A stretch of 64,000 nt of DNA. Source: an uncultured delta proteobacterium. Its GTDB lineage: Bacteria > Desulfobacterota > Desulfobacteria > Desulfobacterales > JAHEIW01. This document shows, piece after piece, positions 1 to 10,088 of the stretch. The notes beneath the pieces are model-generated. The model was not told where the DNA came from and made no database searches. It saw nothing but the letters and a program-made list of their open reading frames with translations. The position numbers and the translations under genes were made by a program. Location of the stretch: contig CAVPNL010000003.1 of assembly GCA_963706575.1 (NCBI GenBank), positions 96,001 through 160,000 on the forward strand, read 5' to 3'. Positions within the stretch are counted from its first letter, which is position 1, and the number at the start of each line of letters is the position of its first letter.

Positions 1-2983
1 GCGGCAGCGCGCCGGAAACGATTGTCCAGTTGTAGGGCGGTATGCCTCCACTGGCCTGGAGAATCTGGCTATAGCCTTGGTTAATCAGGGCATCGGGCAG
101 GCTCTCAGTCTGGATCACCAGGGGTGACGGGTTGATCGTGATTGACAGATCTTGAGCGCCCGTTGCAAGGTTGGCATCAACCACCTCAACTGTGAATGAG
201 CTGAGCCCGGCCGTCACCGGCACACCACTGATCCTGCCTGTATCGGGATCCAGTGTCAGGCCATCGGGAAGACTTCCCGCAGATATGGACCAGACATAGG
301 GCGGCTGACCACCACTTGCCCTCAGGGTCGTGTTGTATGTTTCTCCCACCTGTCCATTGGGCAGGTCGACGGTCCGCACACTGAGACTCATTTTGACCCG
401 GTAAATGCTACCGGCAGAATGATCGGCCAGGTAAAGATTGCCGTCTTCGCTATCCCCGAATGTGCTAATGCCGGACGGTGCCGAATCGAGCAGGAGAGCA
501 GACTGCCACTCTGAGCCAGTTCGCTTCAGACCCCAGAGCTCTCCGCTACAAAAATCTGCATAAAGGTAAACCCCTCTCAGCAACGCAAATTGTTGGCCCC
601 GGTAAACCTGTCCGCCGGTGACGGCGCAGCGATCTTCGGAATGGTCGTAAATTATGGTCGGCAGCATTAAATCTTCGGTATCGCAGGTCTCCCCGCCATA
701 GCACTGATCGCCTTCCATAACGCTCCAGCCGTAATCCTCACCACCGGGGCTGGAGGCATCCTGGAAATTGACTTCCTCAAAGGTATCCTCGCCAACATCG
801 GCCAGATACAGATCCCCGGTCAGGCGGTCGAAGCTGAAACGCCAGGGGTTTCGCAAACCCGACGCCCAGATTTCATCGCGTGCCCCGGCAACATCGATAA
901 ATGGATTGTCCGGTGGGATGCCATAGGGCGTGCCTGTATCCACATCAATCCGCAGCATCTTGCCAACCAGATTATTCAGATCCCTGGCCGTATCCACCAC
1001 GGCACCATTTGAACTGCCGTCTCCCGTGCCGATGTAAAGGTATCCATCCGGCCCGAATGCCAAATGGCCACCGTAGTGGTCACCGGGTGGGGCGGGAATG
1101 GTGAGCAGAACATGTCTGCTGCCTTCATCGGCCAGGTTAACATCAGCGGATGAAACCGTGTAGCGGGCGACGACTAATTCACCATCCATATTGATGTGAC
1201 TGATGTAAAAATAGCCATTGGATGCATGGTTCGGGTGAAAAGCGATACTGAGCAGTCCCCCTTTGCTTCCGGTAGTTAGCGGTAAGACGAGGGATGAGAT
1301 ATCAAGAAAATGCCCGGGCAACAGGGTCGCCCCTTCGAGAATCACGATCTGACCGGGCTGTTGAGCGATAAAAAGGCGTCCGGAATCGTCGGCGGCATGC
1401 GTGATCGCAACTGGTCTATTAAGCCCCGTGATGACCTGTTCAAGCTCCAGGTTAATGCTGCTGATATCGTAGAGCCCGATTAAAGCTTCCCCTGCCGCGT
1501 CAACCTGGACACGCGGCAGCTCGGCCCCATTACTGGGGTCGGTAATCATTACGCCGGTGCTGGTAAGGACTTCCTCGATTTCGTCGACTGACGCCTCGGG
1601 CACAGCAGAATTCAGAACCGCCACGGCCCCGGCCACATGGGGAGCTGCCATGGAAGTTCCATCCTTGGCGGCAAATCCGCCTCCCGGTACCGCTGAATTG
1701 ATGCTCGTGCCCGGCGCCAGGCTATCGAGCCAGGATGCCGTGTTGGAAAAATACGCGACAGCGTCAGAGCCGGTCACCGCGCCCACGCTGATGGCGCTCG
1801 AGATGCAGGCCGGAGAGGAAATGGCGTTGGCATAACCATCATTGCCTGAAGCAATGACCGTAGCAATACCGACGGCACGCAGGTTATCAATGGCCTCCTT
1901 GAGGGCGGGCTCGGCATCATCACACGCCTGTTCCGAGCCATAGCTCTCCCCGCCCAGGCTCATATTAACCGCTGCTATGTCGAAGTTGTCTTTTTGATCA
2001 TAGACATATTCCAAACCGCGAATCACATCCGATGTGAAGGCAGACAGACAGGTGAAGTCCATAAACCCGCATGTAAAAATATTGTCTATACGGGAAAAAA
2101 CCTGGACGGCCATCAAGTCTGCATCCCTGGCAACACCGGCGTACTGGCTGTCATCCGCCGCAGCAATACCGGCGACGTGTGTGCCATGGTCACAGCCCAA
2201 AATGCCGTTGCAATTAATAGCCGCACCCGGCCCTATCTCCGTCTCGGTTCCGTCGGGACATAGGCTTGAGGCGTCATATGAGGGGCTGTCAGTTGAAAAA
2301 CAGGCTTCATCGATCACCTTTCCCGCCAGTGCACTGTGGGCGCTATCGATGCCGGTATCCAGAACGGCGATCACCTGCCCGGCACCCGTGTATCCTTCAG
2401 CCCAGGCAATATCTCCGCCAATTTGCGGAACGCTGTTGTTGAGCAACGGGCGCAGGAGCCTGTCTTCTTGGATACTGACCACCTCCTGAAGTCGGGCAAG
2501 ACGCGCGAGCTCGGATTCATCAACCGTCAGCGCCATGTAAGGAATTTGATTGAAAAGCACAAAAAAACGCGGATTCAGCGCACTCAGAAGCCGGTTTTGC
2601 AAGCGCTTGATGGCCGCACCCCGAAGGTTGCGTGCCTGCCGACTTTTGGCTTTTTTGCCGGTCAGCCCGGCAAAAGGTTCTGCCGGCGACTGCAACCGGA
2701 CAATGACCCGGGCCTGGCCTTCATCGCGGATCCTGGAGTTGAGCTTCTCGAGGATTTCAGGAGAAACTTTCAGGGATTGGATGTTAGAGGCATCCGCGTT
2801 GCCTGGAGTTTGGAGCAGCAAAAGAACAACGAGTATGCCAAGAAAAGGCACGATCCAGGGTATTGACGACCTGAAAAGTGTACATCGGCGCCACGGGCGA
2901 ATAGTTCGTTGTTTTCGGTAAAAAGCCGTTTTTTCATGGGAGGAATAAGGATAAATTATACAATTTACAATGGCGTTTATCAT
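1..2983 (-). CDS. Secreted multidomain protein: S8 subtilase + PQQ-dependent glucose/sorbosone dehydrogenase-like domain + putative Ig (He_PIG) repeats; 3' end runs off the window
   Basis: Not in the ORF track because there is no stop in the window. ATG at 2983 with AAAGGAGGAGG upstream and a hydrophobic signal segment (WIVPFLGILVVLLLLQ). S8 triad motifs VIAVLDTGID (~2360), DHGTHVAGIA (~2180) and GTSMAAPHVAG (~1650). GSDH motif GLRNPWRFSFD (~845). He_PIG-type LQASGGIPPYNWTIVSGALP at the window edge. Confidence 0.9.
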   Translation of the reverse strand, partial: MINAIVNCIIYPYSSHEKTAFYRKQRTIRPWRRCTLFRSSIPWIVPFLGILVVLLLLQTPGNADASNIQSLKVSPEILEKLNSRIRDEGQARVIVRLQSPAEPFAGLTGKKAKSRQARNLRGAAIKRLQNRLLSALNPRFFVLFNQIPYMALTVDESELARLARLQEVVSIQEDRLLRPLLNNSVPQIGGDIAWAEGYTGAGQVIAVLDTGIDSAHSALAGKVIDEACFSTDSPSYDASSLCPDGTETEIGPGAAINCNGILGCDHGTHVAGIAAADDSQYAGVARDADLMAVQVFSRIDNIFTCGFMDFTCLSAFTSDVIRGLEYVYDQKDNFDIAAVNMSLGGESYGSEQACDDAEPALKEAIDNLRAVGIATVIASGNDGYANAISSPACISSAISVGAVTGSDAVAYFSNTASWLDSLAPGTSINSAVPGGGFAAKDGTSMAAPHVAGAVAVLNSAVPEASVDEIEEVLTSTGVMITDPSNGAELPRVQVDAAGEALIGLYDISSINLELEQVITGLNRPVAITHAADDSGRLFIAQQPGQIVILEGATLLPGHFLDISSLVLPLTTGSKGGLLSIAFHPNHASNGYFYISHINMDGELVVARYTVSSADVNLADEGSRHVLLTIPAPPGDHYGGHLAFGPDGYLYIGTGDGSSNGAVVDTARDLNNLVGKMLRIDVDTGTPYGIPPDNPFIDVAGARDEIWASGLRNPWRFSFDRLTGDLYLADVGEDTFEEVNFQDASSPGGEDYGWSVMEGDQCYGGETCDTEDLMLPTIIYDHSEDRCAVTGGQVYRGQQFALLRGVYLYADFCSGELWGLKRTGSEWQSALLLDSAPSGISTFGDSEDGNLYLADHSAGSIYRVKMSLSVRTVDLPNGQVGETYNTTLRASGGQPPYVWSISAGSLPDGLTLDPDTGRISGVPVTAGLSSFTVEVVDANLATGAQDLSITINPSPLVIQTESLPDALINQGYSQILQASGGIPPYNWTIVSGALP

Positions 2984-3456
2984 AAGTGGCCTCCTCCTTT
3001 ATGCTCGGATTCCATTAACGTGTTTTGCTTTCATCCGTATTCACAGGATGTTAAAGTTTGAAAATAAATCGAAACAGCCGGAGGACACGCTCACGCCAAT
3101 TAATGATTAGAAGCCATCGTCTTCTTAATTCGGGCAATTCATGTTTCTCACTAGTATTTTCCGGATTTGGTAATGAGCGGAAAGGAGACCAAAGATAAAG
3201 TCCCAGGAATAAACTGCACCTTACCTTTTGTATTGATTGGCCCGAAAATCCTCATCCCCCCTCGTTTCTGGTGTAAAATGCAAAAATCATGCAAAAAAAT
3301 ATATTAGACCAAATTGTAAAATAAAGATAATATTGCAAATACTTACAAAATAAGCCTAAAAAATCTTGCGGGATATTGTGAAAAAAATTACTTACAATGC
3401 TGAAATTCATTTCACAAAATTGTAATTCCTAATCTGTTTGATTAAAGGAAAATTAT

Positions 3457-3720
3457 TAAAGGAAAAGCGACCAAGGATATTCGGGACGGCTTAAAGCGTC
3501 GATATGAGATAGTCGGAAGTTTTTATGGTCGAATGTGAAAGGCGGCCTTATTTTGAATGATCTCAGGCATGCGTTTGCCAGAGTAGCATAAAAGGCGGGA
3601 GTTGCAAGAAACGTAATCATGTTTATTATGGGTCACAGTAATGCCAGCGACATGAATTTTGGATAGGGTAAAATTGACGATGCAAATTTGCTGGATGCGA
3701 TTGATAAAATCGAGGCTTAA
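3457..3720 (+). pseudogene. Degenerate C-terminal remnant of a tyrosine recombinase/integrase
   Basis: Frame from 3541 reads GGLILNDLRHAFARVA*KAGVARNVIMFIMGHSNASDMNFG*GKIDDANLLDAIDKIEA*. This matches HxLRH...LGH...Y, with a TAG where the catalytic Tyr is expected. An upstream frame gives KGKATKDIRDGLKRR...YGR. Confidence 0.75.
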
Positions 3721-3754
3721 TTACTGAATGTTGATCCTGCTGTTGACCGAGAGC

Positions 3755-3784
3755 AAAAAAAAATGGCCTGGCAAAGCAGGCCAA
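3755..3784 (-). terminator. Intrinsic terminator downstream of tRNA-Leu
   Basis: Minus strand TGGCCTG-ctttgc-CAGGCCA followed by a T run. Confidence 0.6.
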
Positions 3785-3811
3785 GACGTATCCAAGTTAT
3801 TGATTTTATTG

Positions 3812-3898
3812 TGGTGCCGAAGGGGAGACTCGAACTCCCATGTCCATACAGACACTAGACCCTGAACCTAGCGCGTCTACCAGTTCCGCCACTTCGGC
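3812..3898 (-). tRNA. tRNA-Leu(CAG)
   Basis: Reverse complement GCCGAAGTGGCGGAACTGGTAGACGCGCTAGGTTCAGGGTCTAG...GTTCGAGTCTCCCCTTCGGCACCA; anticodon CAG, long variable arm, encoded CCA. Confidence 0.97.
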
Positions 3899-4039
3899 AC
3901 ACACGAGAGCCATCAGACTTAAAAGGTGCTCAAGGGTTGCTTTAAATATCTTTTTTTACTATGCATGTCAAGGCTATACCCCAATTGGTCGTAAACAAAA
4001 TGAAAAACCGGGATGAGACTTTAAAATAGTAGAAATTTT

Positions 4040-4999
4040 ATGAAAATTATCGACCGTCTCGAAAATATTACACAACCATTTAAAAATGCCGTCATCACCA
4101 TCGGCAATTTCGATGGGGTTCATATCGGACATCAGGCACTGTTTCATGAAGTCATTGAAAAGGCCGATGCCATTGACGGTACATCCATTGCCATGACGTT
4201 TGACCCCCACCCCATGCGGGTGTTGCAGAAAAACAACATCCCGCCCCTGATCACCCTGCAGGAACAGAAGACCGAACTCATCGAGCGCTCCGGGATGGAA
4301 GTACTCATCTGCATCCCTTTTACAAAACAATTTGCCTCGCTGTCGGCTGAAGATTTTATTAAAAACTTACTGGTCGACAAAATCGGCATGAAGGCGATTA
4401 TCGTCGGCGGAGATTATACGTTTGGCAAAAACCGTGAAGGCAACCTGGCGCTTTTAAAATCCTTTGCTTTTCAATTGGGCTATGAAGTCATTGTCGCCGA
4501 TTGGATCAAAGCAGCGCAGAATGTTTCCGATCGCATCAGCAGCACCAAAATCAGAGAACTGGTGATGGCCGGTAACATCGAACCGGCCAGCAAAATGCTA
4601 GGCCGCCATTATCAAATCCGGGGACGTGTAGTCAAGGGCCGTGACCGCGGTGGCAAACTTCTTGGAATTCCCACTGCCAATATCAACCTGCAGGATGAGC
4701 TCTGTCCCAAAACCGGGATATATGCCGTAACCGTGGAATACAACAATCGGATCTACAAAAGCGTTGCCAATATCGGGTACAGTCCCACCTTCGATGATAA
4801 CGAATTCACGGTAGAAGTCCACCTGTTAGATTTCGCCGAAAACATTTATGATGAAAAGATCCGGGTTAATTTTATTGAGCGTATCCGCGATGAAAAGAAA
4901 TTTGCCGACATTTCCGAATTAAAAGAACAGATCAATCAGGACATTAAAGCAGCTGATAAAATACTTGCAGCCTACAACAACTTGCGGTTGAGCAGATAG
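4040..4999 (+). CDS. ribF: Bifunctional riboflavin kinase/FAD synthetase
   Basis: IGNFDGVHIGHQ, ISSTKIR, GIPTAN and EVHLLDF motifs. Confidence 0.97.
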   Translation: MKIIDRLENITQPFKNAVITIGNFDGVHIGHQALFHEVIEKADAIDGTSIAMTFDPHPMRVLQKNNIPPLITLQEQKTELIERSGMEVLICIPFTKQFASLSAEDFIKNLLVDKIGMKAIIVGGDYTFGKNREGNLALLKSFAFQLGYEVIVADWIKAAQNVSDRISSTKIRELVMAGNIEPASKMLGRHYQIRGRVVKGRDRGGKLLGIPTANINLQDELCPKTGIYAVTVEYNNRIYKSVANIGYSPTFDDNEFTVEVHLLDFAENIYDEKIRVNFIERIRDEKKFADISELKEQINQDIKAADKILAAYNNLRLSR

Positions 5000-5034
5000 A
5001 GTTTCCAGCGTTCCGTCTAATCCGCGTCCGGTAT

Positions 5035-6123
5035 ATGAAAAATCACTTAATCATTACTCTGGTGGCCAGCATTGCGCTTTCTGCGGCAGCACTTTATTTT
5101 GCGTTCCGCAATGTCCCGCTCAATGACCTGTTGCATTATCTCGGGTCCATCAATTACCTCTGGACATTTCCGGCCGTTATCCTGACTCTGATCAGTTTTT
5201 TTATCAGAGCCCTGCGGTGGCAATTTATTTTGGCATCGAGCCATAAAATTGGAATCTGGCGGGCCTTTCACCCCATGATGATCGGATTCATGATTAACTG
5301 CATCCTGCCGGGAAGACTTGGAGAATTCGCAAGACCCGCAATTCTACAAAAAAACGAAAAAGTACCCTTTGCCACCGGCATTGCCACCGTTGTTGCGGAA
5401 CGTGTATTTGACGTGGGTGCTCTGGTTGTGTTTGCGGTAATTACCCTTGCTGCTATTGATATCAATCCGGAAGTGGAAATTGTATTCGGCGAATTTAGCA
5501 TGAATCGCGCCACGCTCGAAGTCCTTTTCAGTCGAATTATTCTGATGGGCATCCTTTTGATTGTTGGGATAATTGGGATCAGCATTCCGTTCATCCGCCG
5601 CGCCATACATCGGGTCATTCTGGTGCTCCCGGCCCTGGCCTTCTCTGCGACTGAAGAAACGAAAACAAAAATCAGAGACAAAGTATGTGCACCTTTGACT
5701 CGATTTGTTGACAACATCGCCATGGGGTTTACGTTACTAAAGTATCCTAAAAAAATAATGCTGTGTGCGATCTACTCGCTTCTCGTGTGGATCATTGCGG
5801 CCTTTTCCTATTATGTTTTCAGCCTCGGCTGCCCGGGGGTTCATTTATCTTATACTGAAATGTTTGCCGTCATGGTTATCATTTGCCTGTTTATCGCCCT
5901 GCCATCGGTTCCCGGTTTCTGGGGGGTGTGGGAGGCTGGCGGCGTTTTTGCCATGTCTATATTTGGGGTTCCGGCCAATGCAGCCGCCGGTTTTACGCTG
6001 GCCAATCATGGGATTCAAATATTTCCGGTGATTATTGTGGGGTTTATCTCAACCATCATTACCAGTGTTAATATCTGGCAGGTTTCATATCAGAAAAAGG
6101 CCGCCGAATCCCAAACGGGTTGA
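5035..6123 (+). CDS. Lysylphosphatidylglycerol-synthase-TM (UPF0104) flippase-like membrane protein
   Basis: RALRWQ, N-x-LPGRLGE, ERVFD and PSVPGFWG motifs; multiple TM segments. Confidence 0.85.
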   Translation: MKNHLIITLVASIALSAAALYFAFRNVPLNDLLHYLGSINYLWTFPAVILTLISFFIRALRWQFILASSHKIGIWRAFHPMMIGFMINCILPGRLGEFARPAILQKNEKVPFATGIATVVAERVFDVGALVVFAVITLAAIDINPEVEIVFGEFSMNRATLEVLFSRIILMGILLIVGIIGISIPFIRRAIHRVILVLPALAFSATEETKTKIRDKVCAPLTRFVDNIAMGFTLLKYPKKIMLCAIYSLLVWIIAAFSYYVFSLGCPGVHLSYTEMFAVMVIICLFIALPSVPGFWGVWEAGGVFAMSIFGVPANAAAGFTLANHGIQIFPVIIVGFISTIITSVNIWQVSYQKKAAESQTG

Positions 6124-6158
6124 AACGATACCGACCTTTGTGCGATAATGGTTCAACT

Positions 6159-6668
6159 ATGACAATACTAAAAATTCTCACATATCCGGACCAAACACTC
6201 CGCAAACCCACCAGCGAGCTGGACAATATCGACGGTGACGTACAAAAAATGATCGATCAAATGTCATCCGCCATGTATGACGCCCCCGGCGTTGGGCTGG
6301 CAGCTATCCAGGTGGGATGGGATAAAAGCGTGCTCATCTATGATATCTCTGCTTCGGATCAAGATCGATCGTTGCAAGTCCTTATCAATCCACGCATCGT
6401 CGATCAGGAGGGTGAAATTCTTTCTGAAAATGAGGGCTGTCTGAGCGTTCCTGAATTCAGAGCGGATGTGAAGCGTTATTCTTCGATCCTGGTGGAAGGC
6501 ATCGACCGCGAAGGTCGCCCGGTTCAATTGAAAGCCGAGGGCATGCTTGCAATCGTTCTGCAACATGAAATTGATCATTTAAAGGGTAAATTATTTATTG
6601 ATCATGTCAGCGCTTTAAAACGACAGCTTTATACGCGCCGCATGAAAAAGAAATTGCGCTCAAAGTGA
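6159..6668 (+). CDS. def: Peptide deformylase
   Basis: GVGLAA, EGCLS and QHEIDH motifs; ATG at 6159 preferred over the TTG at 6120. Confidence 0.97.
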   Translation: MTILKILTYPDQTLRKPTSELDNIDGDVQKMIDQMSSAMYDAPGVGLAAIQVGWDKSVLIYDISASDQDRSLQVLINPRIVDQEGEILSENEGCLSVPEFRADVKRYSSILVEGIDREGRPVQLKAEGMLAIVLQHEIDHLKGKLFIDHVSALKRQLYTRRMKKKLRSK

Positions 6669-7606
6669 ATTCTTCGTTTACGATTATTTTTATGGGCACA
6701 CCCGATTTTGCGGTTCCGGCCCTGCAGGCGCTGATCCAAAATGGTTATAATGTTCCATTAGTCGTTACTCAGCCCGACCGGCCCAAAGGCCGCGGCCGCA
6801 AACGGGTTGCGCCCCCGGTTAAATTAAAGGCGCTGGAACTGGACCTGGAAGTGTTGCAACCGTCAACGCTCAGAGATGAGAAATTCAGGGATCAGATCAG
6901 GCAGCTGCAGCCCGATTTTTTCGTCGTTCTTGCCTTTGGCCACATACTTTCAGAAAATATCCTTCAGCTTCCCAGGTTGGGAACCATCAATATCCACGCC
7001 TCTTTACTTCCAAAATACCGCGGTCCGGCACCGATCCAATGGGCCATCATCAATGGAGAGTCGGAAACCGGCATCACCACCATGTTGATGGACAAAGGGG
7101 TTGACACCGGAGATATCCTGCTCAGTCAAAAAGAACCCATCTTTCCTGAAGATACGGCCGCCACCTTGCATGATCGTCTGGCAGGCTGCGGTGCCGATCT
7201 TCTTGTAAAAACCCTGCAAGGATTTGCATCTGAAAACATAAAACCGATCCCACAGGATCACCATAAAGCCACCAATGCCCCTCTATTAAAAAAGCAGGAT
7301 GGTCATATCTGCTGGCAAAAACCAGCTGACGAACTGGATGCCTTTATTCGCGGCATGACGCCCTGGCCGGGAGCCTTTACCTTTCACCAAAAAAATCGCC
7401 TGATAATATTAAAAGCTGCTCCGATTCCAGAAAATCTAACAGAACCCGCAGGAACCATTCTCGAAGCCTTTCCCGATGAATTGTGCGTGGCCACGGGCAA
7501 GGGTGTATTATCCATCTCAGAGATTAAAGGACCTTCCGGAAAGCGACTTGGTGTTGCGGATTTTCTTCGGGGATACAAGTTTCCACCAGGAACCGTTCTA
7601 ACTTAA
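6665..7606 (+). CDS. fmt: Methionyl-tRNA formyltransferase
   Basis: IFMGTPDFA, TQPDRPKGRG and NIHASLLPKYRG; directly follows def. Confidence 0.97.
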   Translation: MNSSFTIIFMGTPDFAVPALQALIQNGYNVPLVVTQPDRPKGRGRKRVAPPVKLKALELDLEVLQPSTLRDEKFRDQIRQLQPDFFVVLAFGHILSENILQLPRLGTINIHASLLPKYRGPAPIQWAIINGESETGITTMLMDKGVDTGDILLSQKEPIFPEDTAATLHDRLAGCGADLLVKTLQGFASENIKPIPQDHHKATNAPLLKKQDGHICWQKPADELDAFIRGMTPWPGAFTFHQKNRLIILKAAPIPENLTEPAGTILEAFPDELCVATGKGVLSISEIKGPSGKRLGVADFLRGYKFPPGTVLT

Positions 7607-7610
7607 TATC

Positions 7611-8969
7611 ATGCCCCACGATCCACGTAAAACCGCTTTAGATGTATTAAACACGTTAACCAGGGGCAAAAAAACCTTGGACAGCATCCTGCGCGATATC
7701 CCCCAACATGACAGATACCTTTCCAGAAGGGATCGGGCCCTGTTTACGGCTATGGTTTACGGTGTTTTAAGATGGCGCAGCCGGCTGGATCACATTATTC
7801 TCCATTTTTCAAAGATCCCTATTCAAAAAATTGAGCCCGGAGTCTTAAATATCCTGCGTCTGGGATTGTTCCAGATACTCTATCTGGATCGCATCCCAGA
7901 TTCGGCAGCTGTTAACACCTCGGTTGAGATGACCAAACAGATCGGCGCTTTCCGGGCCGCCGGCTTTGTCAATGCCCTGCTGCGCAAATCAGCCACAAAT
8001 TACGGCAGTGTTCATTTCCCTGCATTTGAAACCGATCCGGTCGCTTTTTTATCAGCCGGCCAATCATTGCCCGGCTGGCTGGCGAAACGCTGGTTAAAAC
8101 GCTTCGACAAAGAATCGCTCATGACCCTGTGCAATACGATCAACTCCGTACCACCCATTACCATCAGGACAAATACCCTTAAAACAGCGCGAGAACAGTT
8201 GATCTTATCACTTGAAAAAGAGGTAGAGCGCATTGAATCCACAACCACAGCGCCCGATGGGATCAGATTGTTTAATCCGAGACGATCCATTTCCGACCTG
8301 CCCGCATTTAACGACGGCTGGTTTCAGGTTCAGGACGAAGCTGCCCAGCTCGTCTCGTTGCTGCTCGATCCGCAGCCGGGAGAATCGGTGCTGGATGCCT
8401 GCGCCGGGCTCGGCGGCAAAACAGCTCACCTTGCCCAGCTCCTGCGAAACAAAGGCAGCATAATGGCCATGGACAAAGATGAAAAGAAACTCCAGCAGCT
8501 TGATTCTGAGATGCAGCGGCTCGGTATATCCATTGTACGCACAACCTGCTATGATTTGAATTTACCTTTGGACACAAAACTGCTGGGTGGTTTTGACCGA
8601 ATTCTGCTGGATGCCCCCTGCTCCGGCTTGGGTGTCCTGCGGCGCAATCCGGACATTAAATGGAAATCAAGCGAAGCGGGTCTCAAGCGTCATGCCGGCG
8701 TTCAGAAACGATTTCTCGAAAATCTGGCCCCGCTGGTTCAACCCAATGGCATCCTGGTTTACGCGGTCTGCAGTATTGAACCTGAAGAAAACGAAGCGGT
8801 TATTGCCGCCTTTTTGAAAAAACACCCGGAATTTGTTATAGATAAGAGTCTGGGCAAGCTACCCGAAACCTTACATTCACTGGTTGAGCCCGGAACCGGT
8901 TTTAAAACCCTTCCGCTTCTCAACCATATGGATGGCTTTTATTTCGTGCGTCTGAAAAGAATAAAGTGA
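7611..8969 (+). CDS. rsmB: 16S rRNA m5C967 methyltransferase (NusB domain + SAM domain)
   Basis: QVQDEAAQ, LDACAGLGGKT and DAPCSGLG...RRNPDIKW; def-fmt-rsmB synteny. Confidence 0.95.
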   Translation: MPHDPRKTALDVLNTLTRGKKTLDSILRDIPQHDRYLSRRDRALFTAMVYGVLRWRSRLDHIILHFSKIPIQKIEPGVLNILRLGLFQILYLDRIPDSAAVNTSVEMTKQIGAFRAAGFVNALLRKSATNYGSVHFPAFETDPVAFLSAGQSLPGWLAKRWLKRFDKESLMTLCNTINSVPPITIRTNTLKTAREQLILSLEKEVERIESTTTAPDGIRLFNPRRSISDLPAFNDGWFQVQDEAAQLVSLLLDPQPGESVLDACAGLGGKTAHLAQLLRNKGSIMAMDKDEKKLQQLDSEMQRLGISIVRTTCYDLNLPLDTKLLGGFDRILLDAPCSGLGVLRRNPDIKWKSSEAGLKRHAGVQKRFLENLAPLVQPNGILVYAVCSIEPEENEAVIAAFLKKHPEFVIDKSLGKLPETLHSLVEPGTGFKTLPLLNHMDGFYFVRLKRIK

Positions 8970-9937
8970 TTGCAAAAATTGCCAAAATAGGCGGTGTGGC
9001 GTTTGCATTTGTGGTGGTGGTCGGAATCAGCGCCTATCTCACCCTTACGCTGATCATCAAAAGCGAAGATACGGTTATTGTTCCGGATCTTGAGGGCAAA
9101 GATGTCGTATATGCCCTTGAACTGCTGACCGAGCTGGAGCTCAACACCAAGGTAAAGGGATCGGAATACACAACCGATATTCCCAAAAATCATGTGGTCT
9201 TTCAGGAACCGCAGCCGGGCTCTGAAATCAAAAAAGGCCGCGATGTTAAAATCATTATATCCAAAGGCCCCAAAACCGTATCCATGCCCAATTTGATTGC
9301 GCTTTCGATTCAGCAAGCCAATATCATTCTGGAAGAAAACGACATGTGCCAGGGTGAGCTGTCCCGCACTTACCATACGGAATTAGAAAAGGATGGCATC
9401 ATCGCACAGGTTCCCGCTGCGGGTGCCATTATCGCCAGGGGCGCATGCATCGATCTTTTGGTGAGCAAGGGCGCCCGGCCCGGCGCATTCAAAATGCCCG
9501 ATCTTGCCGGGTTAACGCTTGAGGATGCATTGCAATCGATTGAAAAGGTGAGTCTAACCATTGGCCAGCTAAATTCCGCCTATCAGAAAAACAAGCCCCA
9601 TAATATCATCGTGGAACAGGAACCCGCATCCGGCCAGCGGGTTATCGTCGGCAGCCCGGTCAGCCTGCTGATAAACCGCGAACCTCAGAAAGAAAGATCG
9701 GGCCAATTGTACGGGCAGGCAGCCGGCAGCCTTTTCAGCTATCGACTGGATAACGGATTTTTAAACCGCCGTATCCGCGTCAGCCTCAACAGCGCCGGAT
9801 TTACAAATGACCTCTTTGATGGTTTTGTCAAGGCCGGTGAGGAAATCTGGTTATTGATACCGCGGGATAAAGAGGCCACCTTGTTTTTATATGAGAATGA
9901 TCGCCTGATAAAGACCCAGACCTACGATGCGTATTAG
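8966..9937 (+). CDS. Membrane-anchored PASTA-repeat protein
   Basis: N-terminal TM, then three VPDL/MPNL/MPDL...Q.P..G..V...IS PASTA repeats. Confidence 0.88.
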   Translation: MIAKIAKIGGVAFAFVVVVGISAYLTLTLIIKSEDTVIVPDLEGKDVVYALELLTELELNTKVKGSEYTTDIPKNHVVFQEPQPGSEIKKGRDVKIIISKGPKTVSMPNLIALSIQQANIILEENDMCQGELSRTYHTELEKDGIIAQVPAAGAIIARGACIDLLVSKGARPGAFKMPDLAGLTLEDALQSIEKVSLTIGQLNSAYQKNKPHNIIVEQEPASGQRVIVGSPVSLLINREPQKERSGQLYGQAAGSLFSYRLDNGFLNRRIRVSLNSAGFTNDLFDGFVKAGEEIWLLIPRDKEATLFLYENDRLIKTQTYDAY

Positions 9938-9938
9938 C

Positions 9939-10040
9939 TGTCAGGGTTCAGAGGTCAGATAACAAAAAACAGAAGACAGATAGTCGCTTCATCTTCCGTT
10001 CTTACCATCTGTCTTCTGTCGTCCGGCCTTTGTCCTCTGA
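9939..10040. repeat. Intergenic hairpin element with tandem 7-mer (CAGAAGA/CAGAGGT-type) arms
   Basis: TCAGAGGTCAGA...AGAAGACAGA followed by TCTGTCTTCTG...TCCTCTGA; similar to 54008-54193. Confidence 0.6.
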
Positions 10041-10088
10041 AAATTTGACAACAGACAACTGATAAGCGACCTTTTGGAGAATAGAATT

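Noticed and set aside
901..2921. Plus-strand ORFs in the track
   Set aside because: They are antisense shadows of the long minus-strand S8 fusion gene.
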